Source: a virus
Virus genome (UHGV): UHGV-0018639
Length of the DNA stretch: 64,000 bases
Strand: one strand, 5' to 3'
The notes under the pieces are model-generated. The model saw only the letters and a program-made list of their open reading frames with translations, did not search any database and had not been told where the DNA came from. Below, piece after piece: positions 54,785 through 62,989 of this stretch (the first letter of the stretch is position 1; the number at the start of each line of letters is the position of its first letter). A program made the translations under genes and the position numbers.

Positions 54785-54945
54785 CTGTGTAGGTTCCAGC
54801 TTATATAGGTTGGAAAAATTTTCCAGCTGCTGGTTTATTCTTCTAATTTTCCAGCTGGGCATTGTCGTAGTTGCTGCGTTTCAGTTTTTCTCCAGCTGCT
54901 ACGCTTTCCAGCTTTTCCAGCTGCTATATGTTTCAGCTGCTGGGA
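54785..54945. repeat. TTCCAGCTGCT direct repeats (6 or more copies)
   Basis: TTCCAGCTTAT, TTCCAGCTGCTGG, TTCCAGCTGGG, TCCAGCTGCTACGCTTTCCAGCTTTTCCAGCTGCTATATGTTTCAGCTGCTGG. Confidence 0.6.
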
Positions 54946-55107
54946 CCGATGGTGAGTGGAGGCGACCGCACGTGTGGGTTGGTAAAATTTGGAATTACTT
55001 CCAAAATTTGGAAGGCGGGCAAATGGAAGAAATTTACATTCTTCCGACTGGAAGGAAACTGACAATAAAACCCAATTTTTGGAAACTGAAAAATTTGAAA
55101 ATAATAA

Positions 55108-55127
55108 TTTAGACTAAAGTAGTCTAA
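55108..55127. promoter_or_regulatory. isolated copy of the palindrome (TTTAGACTAAAGTAGTCTAA) at the distal end of the early cluster
   Basis: Same half-sites. It lies just beyond the terminator of the last minus-strand gene, with no promoter attached. Confidence 0.45.
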
Positions 55128-55166
55128 TTTTTTATAAAATACAGAAAAGGGAGATTATCCCTTTTC
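55128..55166 (-). terminator. intrinsic terminator of the early cluster (its stem contains the exonuclease stop codon)
   Basis: Minus strand reads GAAAAGGGATAATCTCCCTTTTC followed by TGTATTTTAT. Confidence 0.6.
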
Positions 55167-56039
55167 TGACATTTTCTGCAAAAAAGCTTCAACTGTGCCA
55201 AGTTCACGGAATGGAAAATACAGTATGCCAAACTGATAATTGCCTTTTGTTCGCTTGTGAATTTCCGCAAAGATTTTACTTTCTATTTCTGCGTCAGAAA
55301 GTGCGGTATGCTCTTCATCAAAATCAAAATCTTTTGCAAGGAATCGAAACGACGTTTCCGCGCTTGTCTTGAAATATTTCCCGCTTGCCGTTATCCATTC
55401 ATTATCTACACAAGCCTGCTTATATTCATCATTGTTGAGCAAATGCCGCGCCGACAGTCCCCACAAATCAAACAGGGGATAAGCAACGCCGTGAAAACGA
55501 AATACATCACCTTCAAATTCGCGGCGGCTTTCGTGCGTTCTGCCGCTTGCAATGTTTTCACAAATGCGTTCCTGCAAGGCAAGCCACGAATGAAACTGCG
55601 GGGAATAAAGATTGTTTATATAAAGCTCTGTAAATGGAATTGCTTTCTTGAAGTCAAACATTGAGTTATACGCACCTACGGCGGAAACTTCGGACAAATC
55701 ACGCTCAAGAACGGTAATAGCGTGCTTCCAGTCGGTCAGCTTGATTTCGCCGCGCTCAAGGCGTTCAAGGTAAATCGGGCGTTTGCTTGCATAATATGCA
55801 GTGTCAAAGATTTCCGGAACGCTGAAAATTTCGCTTATCAGGAAAGAGCGGCGGCGATATACACGGCCTTTCGCGTCAATTATCTGCCAGCCTAAATCAT
55901 ATATCAGCGGCTTAGCAATAGCAACTTTCTGCTTCGCGGCGGCGTCTAACTTTGCGGCGTAGGGCAGTGTAGCAGTCTCACAGTCAAGAACCATGTAATA
56001 CTTGCGGCGGCGGTCGAGTCTCTTTTCCATTTTTATCAA
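55155..56039 (-). CDS. DEDDh 3'-5' exonuclease (DnaQ/RNase T-like)
   Basis: Exo I MVLDCETAT, Exo II YNSMFDFKKA, Exo III HTALSDAEIESKIF. 294 aa. Confidence 0.75.
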   Translation of the reverse strand: MIKMEKRLDRRRKYYMVLDCETATLPYAAKLDAAAKQKVAIAKPLIYDLGWQIIDAKGRVYRRRSFLISEIFSVPEIFDTAYYASKRPIYLERLERGEIKLTDWKHAITVLERDLSEVSAVGAYNSMFDFKKAIPFTELYINNLYSPQFHSWLALQERICENIASGRTHESRREFEGDVFRFHGVAYPLFDLWGLSARHLLNNDEYKQACVDNEWITASGKYFKTSAETSFRFLAKDFDFDEEHTALSDAEIESKIFAEIHKRTKGNYQFGILYFPFRELGTVEAFLQKMSEKG

Positions 56040-56099
56040 TTCCTTTTTTTGTTAATGTCAAGGGTCTGCCTTCGCTCCCTTGCAAGTATTATTATAGCA

Positions 56100-56167
56100 C
56101 CGCCGCGCAAGAAAGTCAATTGTTAGTTTTTTCACAAGGCTTGTTTTTTAGACTAACTTAGTCTAAA
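56100..56167 (-). promoter_or_regulatory. early-class operator and promoter: palindrome TTTAGACTAACTTAGTCTAAA plus TTGAC(A/T)-N17 -10
   Basis: Palindrome 56147-67. Confidence 0.6.
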
Positions 56168-56193
56168 AAAGCCTATAAAAAATGGGAACTTTT

Positions 56194-56529
56194 TCAAGTT
56201 CCCTTCTTTTCTGCCGCTTTTGCTTCGCGGCGTGCCTTGTCGCGTGCAATCTTCTTTTCCTTTTCGGCGGCTTTCGCGGCGGCCTTTTCTTTCTTGTCAT
56301 TCAGCTTGATTGCGTAATCCTCGCGGCGGCTATAACAGTCATCGCCTTCAAGCTCCTTTGGAACTTTTATAACTACCTGAATACAGCCTTCTTCGCCGTC
56401 ATCAGCAGCAACGGGGAAAGAAAAAGTATTCGCGGCTTCCAGCCCCACATCTTCGCCGTTTTCCTTCGCACAATTCATAAAGAATTCAACGAACTTCGCG
56501 CGCATAGCATTAGCATTTTTAACTGTCAT
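56194..56529 (-). CDS. hypothetical protein with Lys/Ala-rich basic tail (111 aa)
   Basis: GC-richer than flanking DNA; own operator-promoter. Confidence 0.5.
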   Translation of the reverse strand: MTVKNANAMRAKFVEFFMNCAKENGEDVGLEAANTFSFPVAADDGEEGCIQVVIKVPKELEGDDCYSRREDYAIKLNDKKEKAAAKAAEKEKKIARDKARREAKAAEKKGT

Positions 56530-56557
56530 TTTTCATATCTCCTTTTCATTTGGTAAT

Positions 56558-56627
56558 TGTATTTTATCATATAAACTGCGAATTGTCAATATCTTTTTTC
56601 TAGAAATTTAGACTAACTTAGTCTAAA
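56558..56627 (-). promoter_or_regulatory. early-class operator and promoter
   Basis: Palindrome 56607-27; minus strand reads TTGACA-N17-TAAAAT. Confidence 0.65.
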
Positions 56628-56654
56628 ATTTTGGCGGCGGGATTGCTCCCGCAT

Positions 56655-56891
56655 TTAAATCTCTTCGATTGAATTGTAATTTTCTTCCCAAAAGACTTCC
56701 ATATCTTCCTGCTTCAGTTCATTAAGAAGGCAGTCGATATTGTCTCTTGCCTGCCGAAAATCATCCTCATATGTACCACGCTCTTCGCTGCTGGTATAAA
56801 GGTCGTCAAGCAGTGCGGCGGCGTCTTTAAGAATTTTCTCGTCATAGTCATCCAGAACATAACGCTTCTTAGTGCAAGTCTTAATTATCAT
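56655..56891 (-). CDS. acidic hypothetical protein (78 aa)
   Basis: ORF track entry; own operator-promoter. Confidence 0.5.
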   Translation of the reverse strand: MIIKTCTKKRYVLDDYDEKILKDAAALLDDLYTSSEERGTYEDDFRQARDNIDCLLNELKQEDMEVFWEENYNSIEEI

Positions 56892-56924
56892 TTTTAAAAT
56901 CTCCTTTTCTTATTTTGTAAATAA

Positions 56925-56992
56925 AGTATAACATAATTTTTTTGAAAAGTCAAGTTTTTTTGTGCTGTGGTTTTAGACTAACTTAGTCTAAA
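56925..56992 (-). promoter_or_regulatory. early-class operator and promoter
   Basis: Palindrome 56972-92. Confidence 0.6.
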
Positions 56993-57021
56993 TGACGTGA
57001 GAGACATTGGTCTCTCAAGTT

Positions 57022-57198
57022 TCAATCTTTTTTGGTTCCAAACATCTGTTCCCAGCGCCAGTCATTGAATGAAATGTTCTGATGTTCACACCTATCACAG
57101 ATTGCCCCATTGTCGCAAGGGCGATTGCCATTTTCATCGGCATAGCAGTGACAAACTTCACTTAAATAACGACTGTATAAATAAACCATTTTATCCAT
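57022..57198 (-). CDS. small Cys-rich protein (about 58 aa)
   Basis: ORF I found by eye, MDKMVYLYSRYLSEVCHCYADENGNRPCDNGAICDRCEHQ...; own operator-promoter. Confidence 0.4.
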   Translation of the reverse strand: MDKMVYLYSRYLSEVCHCYADENGNRPCDNGAICDRCEHQNISFNDWRWEQMFGTKKD

Positions 57199-57224
57199 TG
57201 TTTTTTCTCCTTTTTTTATTGTGT

Positions 57225-57284
57225 TTGTATTATAACACCATAGTGTGCATTTGTCAACTCTGTTTTAGACTACAATAGTCTAAA
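57225..57284 (-). promoter_or_regulatory. early-class operator and promoter
   Basis: Palindrome TTTAGACTACAATAGTCTAAA 57264-84; TTGACA-N17-TATAAT. Confidence 0.65.
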
Positions 57285-57301
57285 AACCCAAAACGGGAAA
57301 A

Positions 57302-57769
57302 TCAATTTGACTTTCCCAGAATCTTCAAAATTCCATACATTTCTTTTTCATTGAATGCATTGATGCCCCATTCTTCACGGTTACGCGCTTCATCGTCAAA
57401 GAGAATTGCTTCATCATCATAGAATGAGCAGACCGTTGATTTCGGCGTTCCATAAGGAACAACACGAATTTCATCAAACTGGACACTTTTCAAATGAGTT
57501 GCAAGCCATTCTTTTTTTGCTTGCTCAATTAGAGCAAGATACGCTGCACTTGCTGTTTTACTTCCCCAAGAGACAATACAAATTTTATATCCCATTTTCT
57601 TCAGCTTATTCAACTGCCGCGCGAGTGTGCGCATATTGCCGAGCGGGTCAGCATATAAATATGGAGTGGGAATACTTTTCTGCAGACACTCAAGCCATTG
57701 CGGATATGAATAAAAATCAACTATTGTTCCGTCCATATCAAAGACGATTGCGGGCTTGTGGTTATACAT
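57302..57769 (-). CDS. HAD-superfamily hydrolase / phosphatase
   Basis: Motif I FDMDGTIVD. 155 aa. Confidence 0.7.
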   Translation of the reverse strand: MYNHKPAIVFDMDGTIVDFYSYPQWLECLQKSIPTPYLYADPLGNMRTLARQLNKLKKMGYKICIVSWGSKTASAAYLALIEQAKKEWLATHLKSVQFDEIRVVPYGTPKSTVCSFYDDEAILFDDEARNREEWGINAFNEKEMYGILKILGKSN

Positions 57770-57789
57770 AAATCATAATTTCCTTTCTT

Positions 57790-57868
57790 ATTTTGTAAAA
57801 TAAGTATAACATAAATGCGCGGCATTGTCAAGTTTTTTTGTGAGTGGTTTTAGACTAACTTAGTCTAA
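57790..57868 (-). promoter_or_regulatory. early-class operator and promoter
   Basis: Palindrome 57848-68; TTGACA-N17-TATACT. Confidence 0.6.
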
Positions 57869-57896
57869 AAAAGAAAAAACTGGTAAAAATTACCAG

Positions 57897-58094
57897 TCAA
57901 AGATATGTAAATTCTTTTGTTGGCTCATAAGGCACGATTGTGTATGATGAATTTTTGAAGCCCAACTGCCGTGAAAGCCGTTTATTTTCTTCCACTATGC
58001 GCTTGCACTCTTTTTCATCAGTAGAAGCTCCGATTATAACTCCATTATCATAATAGTAATCGGTTGCGCGGTGATATACAAAATAGATTGTCAT
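57897..58094 (-). CDS. hypothetical protein (65 aa)
   Basis: ORF track entry. Confidence 0.45.
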   Translation of the reverse strand: MTIYFVYHRATDYYYDNGVIIGASTDEKECKRIVEENKRLSRQLGFKNSSYTIVPYEPTKEFTYL

Positions 58095-58107
58095 TCTTTC
58101 GCTCTCC

Positions 58108-58338
58108 TTACATTATAATTCTAAAATCAATTTTTGGAATTTTTACTACTTCGTTTTGCTCAAAGGAAAACGGTTCACCTGAACTCAAGTCAATGGCATT
58201 GAAATCATCTCCATCATCTAAACTCATAAACTTTTGAGTTTTTAAGTAAATGGCCATATCTTCACCTATGATTACTTCACTAACAGGAACATCACAAAAA
58301 TTTTTTTCTTCCCATTGAAAATCTTTAGTTATTTTCAT
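58108..58338 (-). CDS. hypothetical protein, family A copy 1 (76 aa)
   Basis: Paralog of 60050-60283, sharing DD(L)FNAI(A/D)LS(D/S)GE...I(P/V)...(E/D)...I.M. Confidence 0.5.
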   Translation of the reverse strand: MKITKDFQWEEKNFCDVPVSEVIIGEDMAIYLKTQKFMSLDDGDDFNAIDLSSGEPFSFEQNEVVKIPKIDFRIIM

Positions 58339-58359
58339 TATATTTAATTCCTTTCTTTT

Positions 58360-58425
58360 AGTGTCTATATTATATCATAATGTGCCAATTTTGTCAACTA
58401 TTGTTTTAGACTATGGTAGTCTAAA
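58360..58425 (-). promoter_or_regulatory. early-class operator and promoter
   Basis: Palindrome TTTAGACTATGGTAGTCTAAA 58405-25; TTGACA-N17-TATAAT. Confidence 0.65.
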
Positions 58426-58453
58426 ACGCCCTAAAAGAGCGAGAAAATCTCGC

Positions 58454-58675
58454 TCAATTTTCAAGAATAAATCTATATTTTACTTTACAACATGGCGTGT
58501 CGTCACCTACCCAGAATAACTCTCCATTATCGAGATAAACCGCGTTGCCTTCATCGGTCGTATCTGTTTTTATAAAGATATTGGCAGGGTCAATTTCTTT
58601 ATAAAGAACTTCACCGCGCGAAAAACCACAAAAGGGAGAACTTTCCTTACCATTGCGCAAATCTTCAATATACAT
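58454..58675 (-). CDS. hypothetical protein, family B copy 1 (73 aa)
   Basis: Paralog of 59813-60034 (MYIEDLRNGKESSPF...DEGNAVYLDNGELF...KYRFILEN). Confidence 0.5.
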   Translation of the reverse strand: MYIEDLRNGKESSPFCGFSRGEVLYKEIDPANIFIKTDTTDEGNAVYLDNGELFWVGDDTPCCKVKYRFILEN

Positions 58676-58711
58676 TTTTGTTTCCTCCTTAAATTCTTTT
58701 CAATAAATGCC

Positions 58712-58849
58712 AAGAGCCAATGCGAAAAACTACACGGTAAATAGCGCGGCCTATACGGACTTCTTCGCCCCTCTGGAATTTGTTATTTGACGCTTTGCCG
58801 AAATCCCATCCGCAATAGCCGAAAATTTCATTCATTACGCTTGCCTCCC
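58712..58849 (-). CDS. small hypothetical protein (about 45 aa)
   Basis: ORF I found by eye, MNEIFGYCGWDFGKASNNKFQRGEEVRIGRAIYRVVF... Confidence 0.3.
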
Positions 58850-58854
58850 TTTCT

Positions 58855-58928
58855 TGACTACATCATATCATATTTTTTAGGAAATGTCAATAAAAATTTT
58901 AGAAACTTTTAGACTAACTTAGTCTAAA
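58855..58928 (-). promoter_or_regulatory. early-class operator and promoter
   Basis: Palindrome 58908-28, plus an extra half-site TTTGTCTAAA at 58930. Confidence 0.6.
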
Positions 58929-58972
58929 ATTTGTCTAAAAAAGAAATGGGATTTTCTCCCATTTCTCTCGGT

Positions 58973-59344
58973 TTACTTCTCTATGAAGTAAACCTTGCGC
59001 TTGCCCACCTTCGGGAACTTACGCTCTTCCACGCTGATAAGGCCATCCTTCACAAGTCCGCGGGCAATCGCGCCTGCCTTGTTATGTGTGATTTCAAGAG
59101 CTTCGCCCAGCTCCGTCTCGGTCAGGCCGTCACAGCCGTCCGCGTTCAGCGTCTCCATGATTGCGGCGCGGATAGGCGCGTTCTCCTTCTCTGACTTCTC
59201 TGCGGCCTTGCTCTTGCGCTGGTCGTTGCGGCGGTCAAGATTGGACAGAGCTTCCACACAATAGGCGTTCAGCTCGTCGGTCAGGTCATACTTCTCCATC
59301 ATGGTGGTGAAAAACTCGCGTGCGGTCATCTTCTTGTCGTTCAT
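58973..59344 (-). CDS. putative winged-helix DNA-binding protein (GC-rich, about 57% GC)
   Basis: ...GLTETELGEALEITHNKAGAIARGLVKDGLISVEE...KVGKRKVYF has a wHTH-like C-terminal half. Its strikingly higher GC than the AT-rich neighbours suggests horizontal acquisition. Confidence 0.5.
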   Translation of the reverse strand: MNDKKMTAREFFTTMMEKYDLTDELNAYCVEALSNLDRRNDQRKSKAAEKSEKENAPIRAAIMETLNADGCDGLTETELGEALEITHNKAGAIARGLVKDGLISVEERKFPKVGKRKVYFIEK

Positions 59345-59409
59345 AGCATTTCCTTTCTAAATGGCGCTAAGGTCGCCGCCCTTATTAGTGCGGGGCTTTA
59401 TCTCCCCTT

Positions 59410-59485
59410 CACGATTATTATTATAGCACAATATCGCGGAAAGTCAACAATTATTTTTTGGATTTTTAGACTATCTTAGTCTAAA
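59410..59485 (-). promoter_or_regulatory. early-class operator and promoter (upstream of the GC-rich wHTH gene)
   Basis: Palindrome TTTAGACTATCTTAGTCTAAA 59465-85. Confidence 0.6.
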
Positions 59486-59503
59486 AGCAAAAAAGAAGAT
59501 TTA

Positions 59504-59689
59504 TTAATCTTCTTCATCCCATTCTTTTATAAGGGCGAGCGAACCATCTTCTAAAATTTTCCAAATTTCATAGTATTTGGTTTCATCAAGAGGCGCAGTT
59601 CTCCAATCATCAACTATACGCTCAGGAATAATTGCGGCGTCACATTCCCATTGGTCACTTAAAGGGCGTGCTTCGCATATAAGATACAT
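59504..59689 (-). CDS. acidic hypothetical protein (61 aa)
   Basis: ORF track entry. Confidence 0.45.
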   Translation of the reverse strand: MYLICEARPLSDQWECDAAIIPERIVDDWRTAPLDETKYYEIWKILEDGSLALIKEWDEED

Positions 59690-59714
59690 TTTTAAAATCT
59701 CCTTTTCTTTTTTT

Positions 59715-59780
59715 AGTAATTGTATTATATCTCAAAGTTTCTAAAAAGTCAAGTCGTGTTTTAGACCAACTTAGTCTAAA
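59715..59780 (-). promoter_or_regulatory. early-class operator and promoter
   Basis: Palindrome TTTAGACCAACTTAGTCTAAA 59760-80. Confidence 0.6.
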
Positions 59781-59812
59781 AAAGTTTTTCTGAAAAAGAG
59801 CGGGAGAACCGC

Positions 59813-60034
59813 TCAATTTTCAATGGTGAATGTATATTTTACGGGAAAACAAAGTTCTTGCGGACTTACTTTAAAAACCTCCCCATTGTCAACGTAAACG
59901 GCGTTACCTTCGTCAGTTTCGTCTATTTTCATAAAAAATTCATTGGGGTCGCATTTTTTGACAAGTAAGGCTCCTTTTTCAAAAGAGTCAAAAGGAAATA
60001 CCGTCTTTGAATTGCGTAAATCCTGTACATACAT
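59813..60034 (-). CDS. hypothetical protein, family B copy 2 (73 aa)
   Basis: MYVQDLRNSKTVFPF...DEGNAVYVDNGEVF...KYTFTIEN. Confidence 0.5.
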   Translation of the reverse strand: MYVQDLRNSKTVFPFDSFEKGALLVKKCDPNEFFMKIDETDEGNAVYVDNGEVFKVSPQELCFPVKYTFTIEN

Positions 60035-60049
60035 TTTTTCAAATCTCCT

Positions 60050-60283
60050 TTACATTTCAATTTCAAGGTTATATTCTGTGGGAATCCAAACAATTTCATC
60101 TATGTCAAAAAGTCGGAGTTCTCCATCAGAAAGTGCGATTGCATTGAAGAGGTCATCTTCATCTTCTCGGCGTATTGTTGTAGTAGAAATATAAGGCTTG
60201 CCGCAGTCATCGAGAAAAAGCTGACCATAATCAACAAAACCATAACTCGTTCCGAAATTGCCTGTCTTAACTTTGTAATTCAT
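60050..60283 (-). CDS. hypothetical protein, family A copy 2 (77 aa)
   Basis: Paralog of 58108-58338. Confidence 0.5.
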   Translation of the reverse strand: MNYKVKTGNFGTSYGFVDYGQLFLDDCGKPYISTTTIRREDEDDLFNAIALSDGELRLFDIDEIVWIPTEYNLEIEM

Positions 60284-60299
60284 TTTTAATTCCCCCTTT

Positions 60300-60376
60300 A
60301 GTGTCTATATTGTATCATATACCGCACGAATTGTCAATAAAAATTTCAGAAACTTTTTAGACTAACGTAGTCTAAA
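60300..60376 (-). promoter_or_regulatory. early-class operator and promoter
   Basis: Palindrome TTTAGACTAACGTAGTCTAAA 60356-76; TTGACA upstream. Confidence 0.6.
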
Positions 60377-60398
60377 ATTTTAGAAAAAGGAAGATTTT

Positions 60399-60707
60399 TC
60401 AACCTTCCTCTTCGTCATGCTGGAATATGAGAGTAAAAGACATATACTCATCGAGATACCGCGCGGTCTGTGGATTAATGTCAAAGTCGTCACATACATC
60501 CGCGGCGCTTTCTTCCTTGCTATAATAACGACAAGTCTGGAGCGGGCTAGTCAAATCAATGACTGGAACATTAACATTAGCCGTGGTTGCTGGCCGTCCT
60601 ATGACAAGAAGTCGGGTGCGGCCTTCATGGTTTTCGCCATAAATTGCGTAAAGATTGCCAATTTCAACCAGTCCGCTTATCACTGTACCAATATCAAATT
60701 CAACCAT
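60399..60707 (-). CDS. hypothetical protein (about 102 aa)
   Basis: Start at MVEFDIGTV after AAAGGAG. The ORF-track start at 60770 would overlap the promoter. Confidence 0.5.
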   Translation of the reverse strand: MVEFDIGTVISGLVEIGNLYAIYGENHEGRTRLLVIGRPATTANVNVPVIDLTSPLQTCRYYSKEESAADVCDDFDINPQTARYLDEYMSFTLIFQHDEEEG

Positions 60708-60734
60708 TTTTTTAAATCTCCTTTTTTTATTTTG

Positions 60735-60808
60735 TAAATATATAATACCATACCCCGCATGATTTGTCAATGTATTTTTTCACAAAATTTAGACCAACTT
60801 AGTCTAAA
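60735..60808 (-). promoter_or_regulatory. early-class operator and promoter
   Basis: Palindrome 60788-808. Confidence 0.6.
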
Positions 60809-60833
60809 AATTCCAAAAACCAAAAAGTGGAAA

Positions 60834-61223
60834 TTACTTTCCACTCATTGGACACACGGCTAAGCCGCGCTCAGTTAAATATTTGATTGCTTTTTCGCCG
60901 TCGTGGTAGTTTAAAATGTCTTGAATTGATGGATGTGCTTTATCATACTTAAAGCAAAAAGAAATATCAATATCTTTTTGTTTCTTCTCATTTGCTATCG
61001 GGAGACAATCTTCCCATTTAGCAAAACGGCGAAAGCCTTTTCTATTTTTTTCAACGCTGACACCGCTAGTATATCCTTTGTTAAAATACTCTTCTAATAA
61101 ATCCCAACTGCCGTGAACTTCTTTATCTTTGGGAATTTCATCATCAAGGTGGAAGCCCTTCGACGTGATATCTATAAGTTTATTGTTATAATATGTATAA
61201 ACCCATCCATAAAATGCCTTCAT
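60834..61223 (-). CDS. hypothetical protein (about 129 aa)
   Basis: Start at MKAFYGWVY after GGAAGG, abutting the upstream membrane-protein gene. Confidence 0.45.
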   Translation of the reverse strand: MKAFYGWVYTYYNNKLIDITSKGFHLDDEIPKDKEVHGSWDLLEEYFNKGYTSGVSVEKNRKGFRRFAKWEDCLPIANEKKQKDIDISFCFKYDKAHPSIQDILNYHDGEKAIKYLTERGLAVCPMSGK

Positions 61224-61441
61224 TTCGCCACTTCCTTCCCCACGCCAAGAACAATTTTTGTAATCCACAGAATAAGCCACATTAGAAACGCGGTTTTTGC
61301 GCTGAACGCAAAAGCAATAACGCCCAACTTAGTGAGCGCCCACCACAATACCCAAATCAGGCCGAGAGTAAATCCCGCGCTTATCGCGCTAAGCAGGGCA
61401 ACAATGATAATTCCAAGAATGACTGCGAAAGTTTTATTCAT
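61220..61441 (-). CDS. small membrane protein (73 aa, 2 TM)
   Basis: VILGIIIVALLSAISAGFTLGLIWVLWWAL... Confidence 0.5.
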   Translation of the reverse strand: MNKTFAVILGIIIVALLSAISAGFTLGLIWVLWWALTKLGVIAFAFSAKTAFLMWLILWITKIVLGVGKEVAK

Positions 61442-61464
61442 TTTTTATCAATTCCTTTCCGGTT

Positions 61465-61541
61465 TTGTAAGACAAGTATAACATATAAATTTTGGTTTGT
61501 CAACCAATTTTCTAAGAATTTTTAGACTAAGATAGTCTAAA
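61465..61541 (-). promoter_or_regulatory. early-class operator and promoter
   Basis: Palindrome TTTAGACTAAGATAGTCTAAA 61521-41. Confidence 0.6.
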
Positions 61542-61569
61542 TTTGGTAGAAATTCCAAAAAAGCGGGGC

Positions 61570-61806
61570 TTAAAAGCCCCGCCCGAACATTTTTTCTAGT
61601 TTTCTTTCATATTCAAGCTGTGCGAGCCGTTCCTCTTCTTCCTCTTGCTCAGCTTCCTCTTCCTCTTCGAGCCGCAGGTCGTTATACCAAGCGTAATCAT
61701 CACATTCTTCAGCGGGATTGCCGTCTATACAGCAATAACCATTCTTATAATAGGGGCAATCAATATCGCCTTCAGCAGGGCAAGTATAAGATGAAAATTC
61801 CTTCAT
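61570..61806 (-). CDS. Cys-rich protein with poly-Glu tail (about 78 aa)
   Basis: MKEFSSYTCPAEGDIDCPYYKNGYCCIDG...EEEEEAEQEEEEE; start after AAGGAG. Confidence 0.5.
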   Translation of the reverse strand: MKEFSSYTCPAEGDIDCPYYKNGYCCIDGNPAEECDDYAWYNDLRLEEEEEAEQEEEEERLAQLEYERKLEKMFGRGF

Positions 61807-61829
61807 TGTGGTATCTCCTTCACTCAATT

Positions 61830-61904
61830 TCTGTACCAAGTATAACACATAACCGCGCACTTGTCAATAAGAAATTTTGGCAATTTTAGACTAAGATAGT
61901 CTAA
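61830..61904 (-). promoter_or_regulatory. early-class operator and promoter
   Basis: Palindrome 61884-904. Confidence 0.6.
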
Positions 61905-61922
61905 ATTTTGAGCGGGAACTTT

Positions 61923-62234
61923 TCAGTTCCCTTTGTTCCAATCTTCAGAAATGCGATCAAAGACTTCTTCAGATGTAAGCCAACCCTCAACAGAATCGCC
62001 ATTGCGAGTCAGACCCATTATTTCGAGAAGCCCTTCTTCATGTCCATAACTGCCGCTATGACAAATTGCATCACAAATCAAATTCTTTCCGTGGCCGTAA
62101 TATCGCACAGAAGGCATCCCTATAACATAGTCTATTCGATAGGGAATTTTTGCCTCTTGCAGAAGCCACTCAAGTTTGCCCATTTCAATATATTTTATTT
62201 CAATTCCGCATGAGTCCTTCTTTATCAGTTCCAT
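61923..62234 (-). CDS. hypothetical protein (103 aa)
   Basis: ORF track entry. Confidence 0.5.
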   Translation of the reverse strand: MELIKKDSCGIEIKYIEMGKLEWLLQEAKIPYRIDYVIGMPSVRYYGHGKNLICDAICHSGSYGHEEGLLEIMGLTRNGDSVEGWLTSEEVFDRISEDWNKGN

Positions 62235-62254
62235 TTTTCAAAAACTCCTTTTCT

Positions 62255-62332
62255 TATTGTATTTATATAATATCACAAAATTTTCGTAAGTCAACCCACA
62301 AAAAATTCCAATTTAGACTATGATAGTCTAAA
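62255..62332 (-). promoter_or_regulatory. early-class operator and promoter
   Basis: Palindrome TTTAGACTATGATAGTCTAAA 62312-32. Confidence 0.6.
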
Positions 62333-62362
62333 ATTCTGAAAAAGTTTGAGCTTTATCAGCTC

Positions 62363-62542
62363 AAACAAATTCTGCAAAAGAGCGCTCCACAGCTCTTGCA
62401 TCTTCGCGGCGACACTCAACCCTTATCAGGTTATCGCCTAGATGCTCTACAAAGCAGGGAATATTAGCCTCTAGCAGATTCATCGCTCGAATAAATTCGG
62501 GCGCGTTCGCATCTTCAACATAAATTTCCTTTATATACATTT
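62363..62542 (-). CDS. small hypothetical protein (about 59 aa)
   Basis: ORF I found by eye, MYIKEIYVEDANAPEFIRAMNLLEANIPCFVEHL... Confidence 0.35.
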
Positions 62543-62559
62543 GGTAATCAATTCCTTTC

Positions 62560-62643
62560 TCTCAATTTCTGTATTTATTATATCACAAATTTTCTATAAT
62601 GTCAAATCCATTTTCTTTCCAATTTAGACTATAATAGTCTAAA
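62560..62643 (-). promoter_or_regulatory. early-class operator and promoter
   Basis: Palindrome TTTAGACTATAATAGTCTAAA 62623-43. Confidence 0.6.
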
Positions 62644-62684
62644 ACAAAAATTTTCGTAAAAAAAGGAGCGGGAAATAATCCCGC

Positions 62685-62966
62685 TCAATTCCAGCCGCGC
62701 ATTTTCCAGCACAGAGCATCGCCCGGCTGCCCGTAGCAGATGTTCGGGTGCAGAATAACCTCACCTTCGAGGATTCCGAGCTTTTCGCAGAACTCCTCGA
62801 TCAGCACGTCGGTAGCTTCAATGCGCGCCTGCTCCAGCGTGTCGGCTGACGGAGCTTCCAGCTCTCCCCAGCTAATAAGGACACTATTCACAATCGGCGG
62901 CAGGCGGTGAGCGTTCGCGGCAACGTAGGCGCAGAGTTCACGGTAATTTATGGCGGTAGTAGTCAT
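62685..62966 (-). CDS. hypothetical protein (about 93 aa, GC-rich; weak HicB-antitoxin-like N-terminus)
   Basis: Start at MTTTAINYREL after AAGGGGGA. About 55% GC. Confidence 0.45.
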   Translation of the reverse strand: MTTTAINYRELCAYVAANAHRLPPIVNSVLISWGELEAPSADTLEQARIEATDVLIEEFCEKLGILEGEVILHPNICYGQPGDALCWKMRGWN

Positions 62967-62989
62967 TGGAAAATCCCCCTTTTCAAGTA

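Noticed and set aside
54810-55112. 100-aa plus-strand ORF
   Set aside because: It is generated by the TTCCAGCTGCT direct repeats (FQL/FSS peptide repeats) and sits in the iteron field. It is most likely non-coding.
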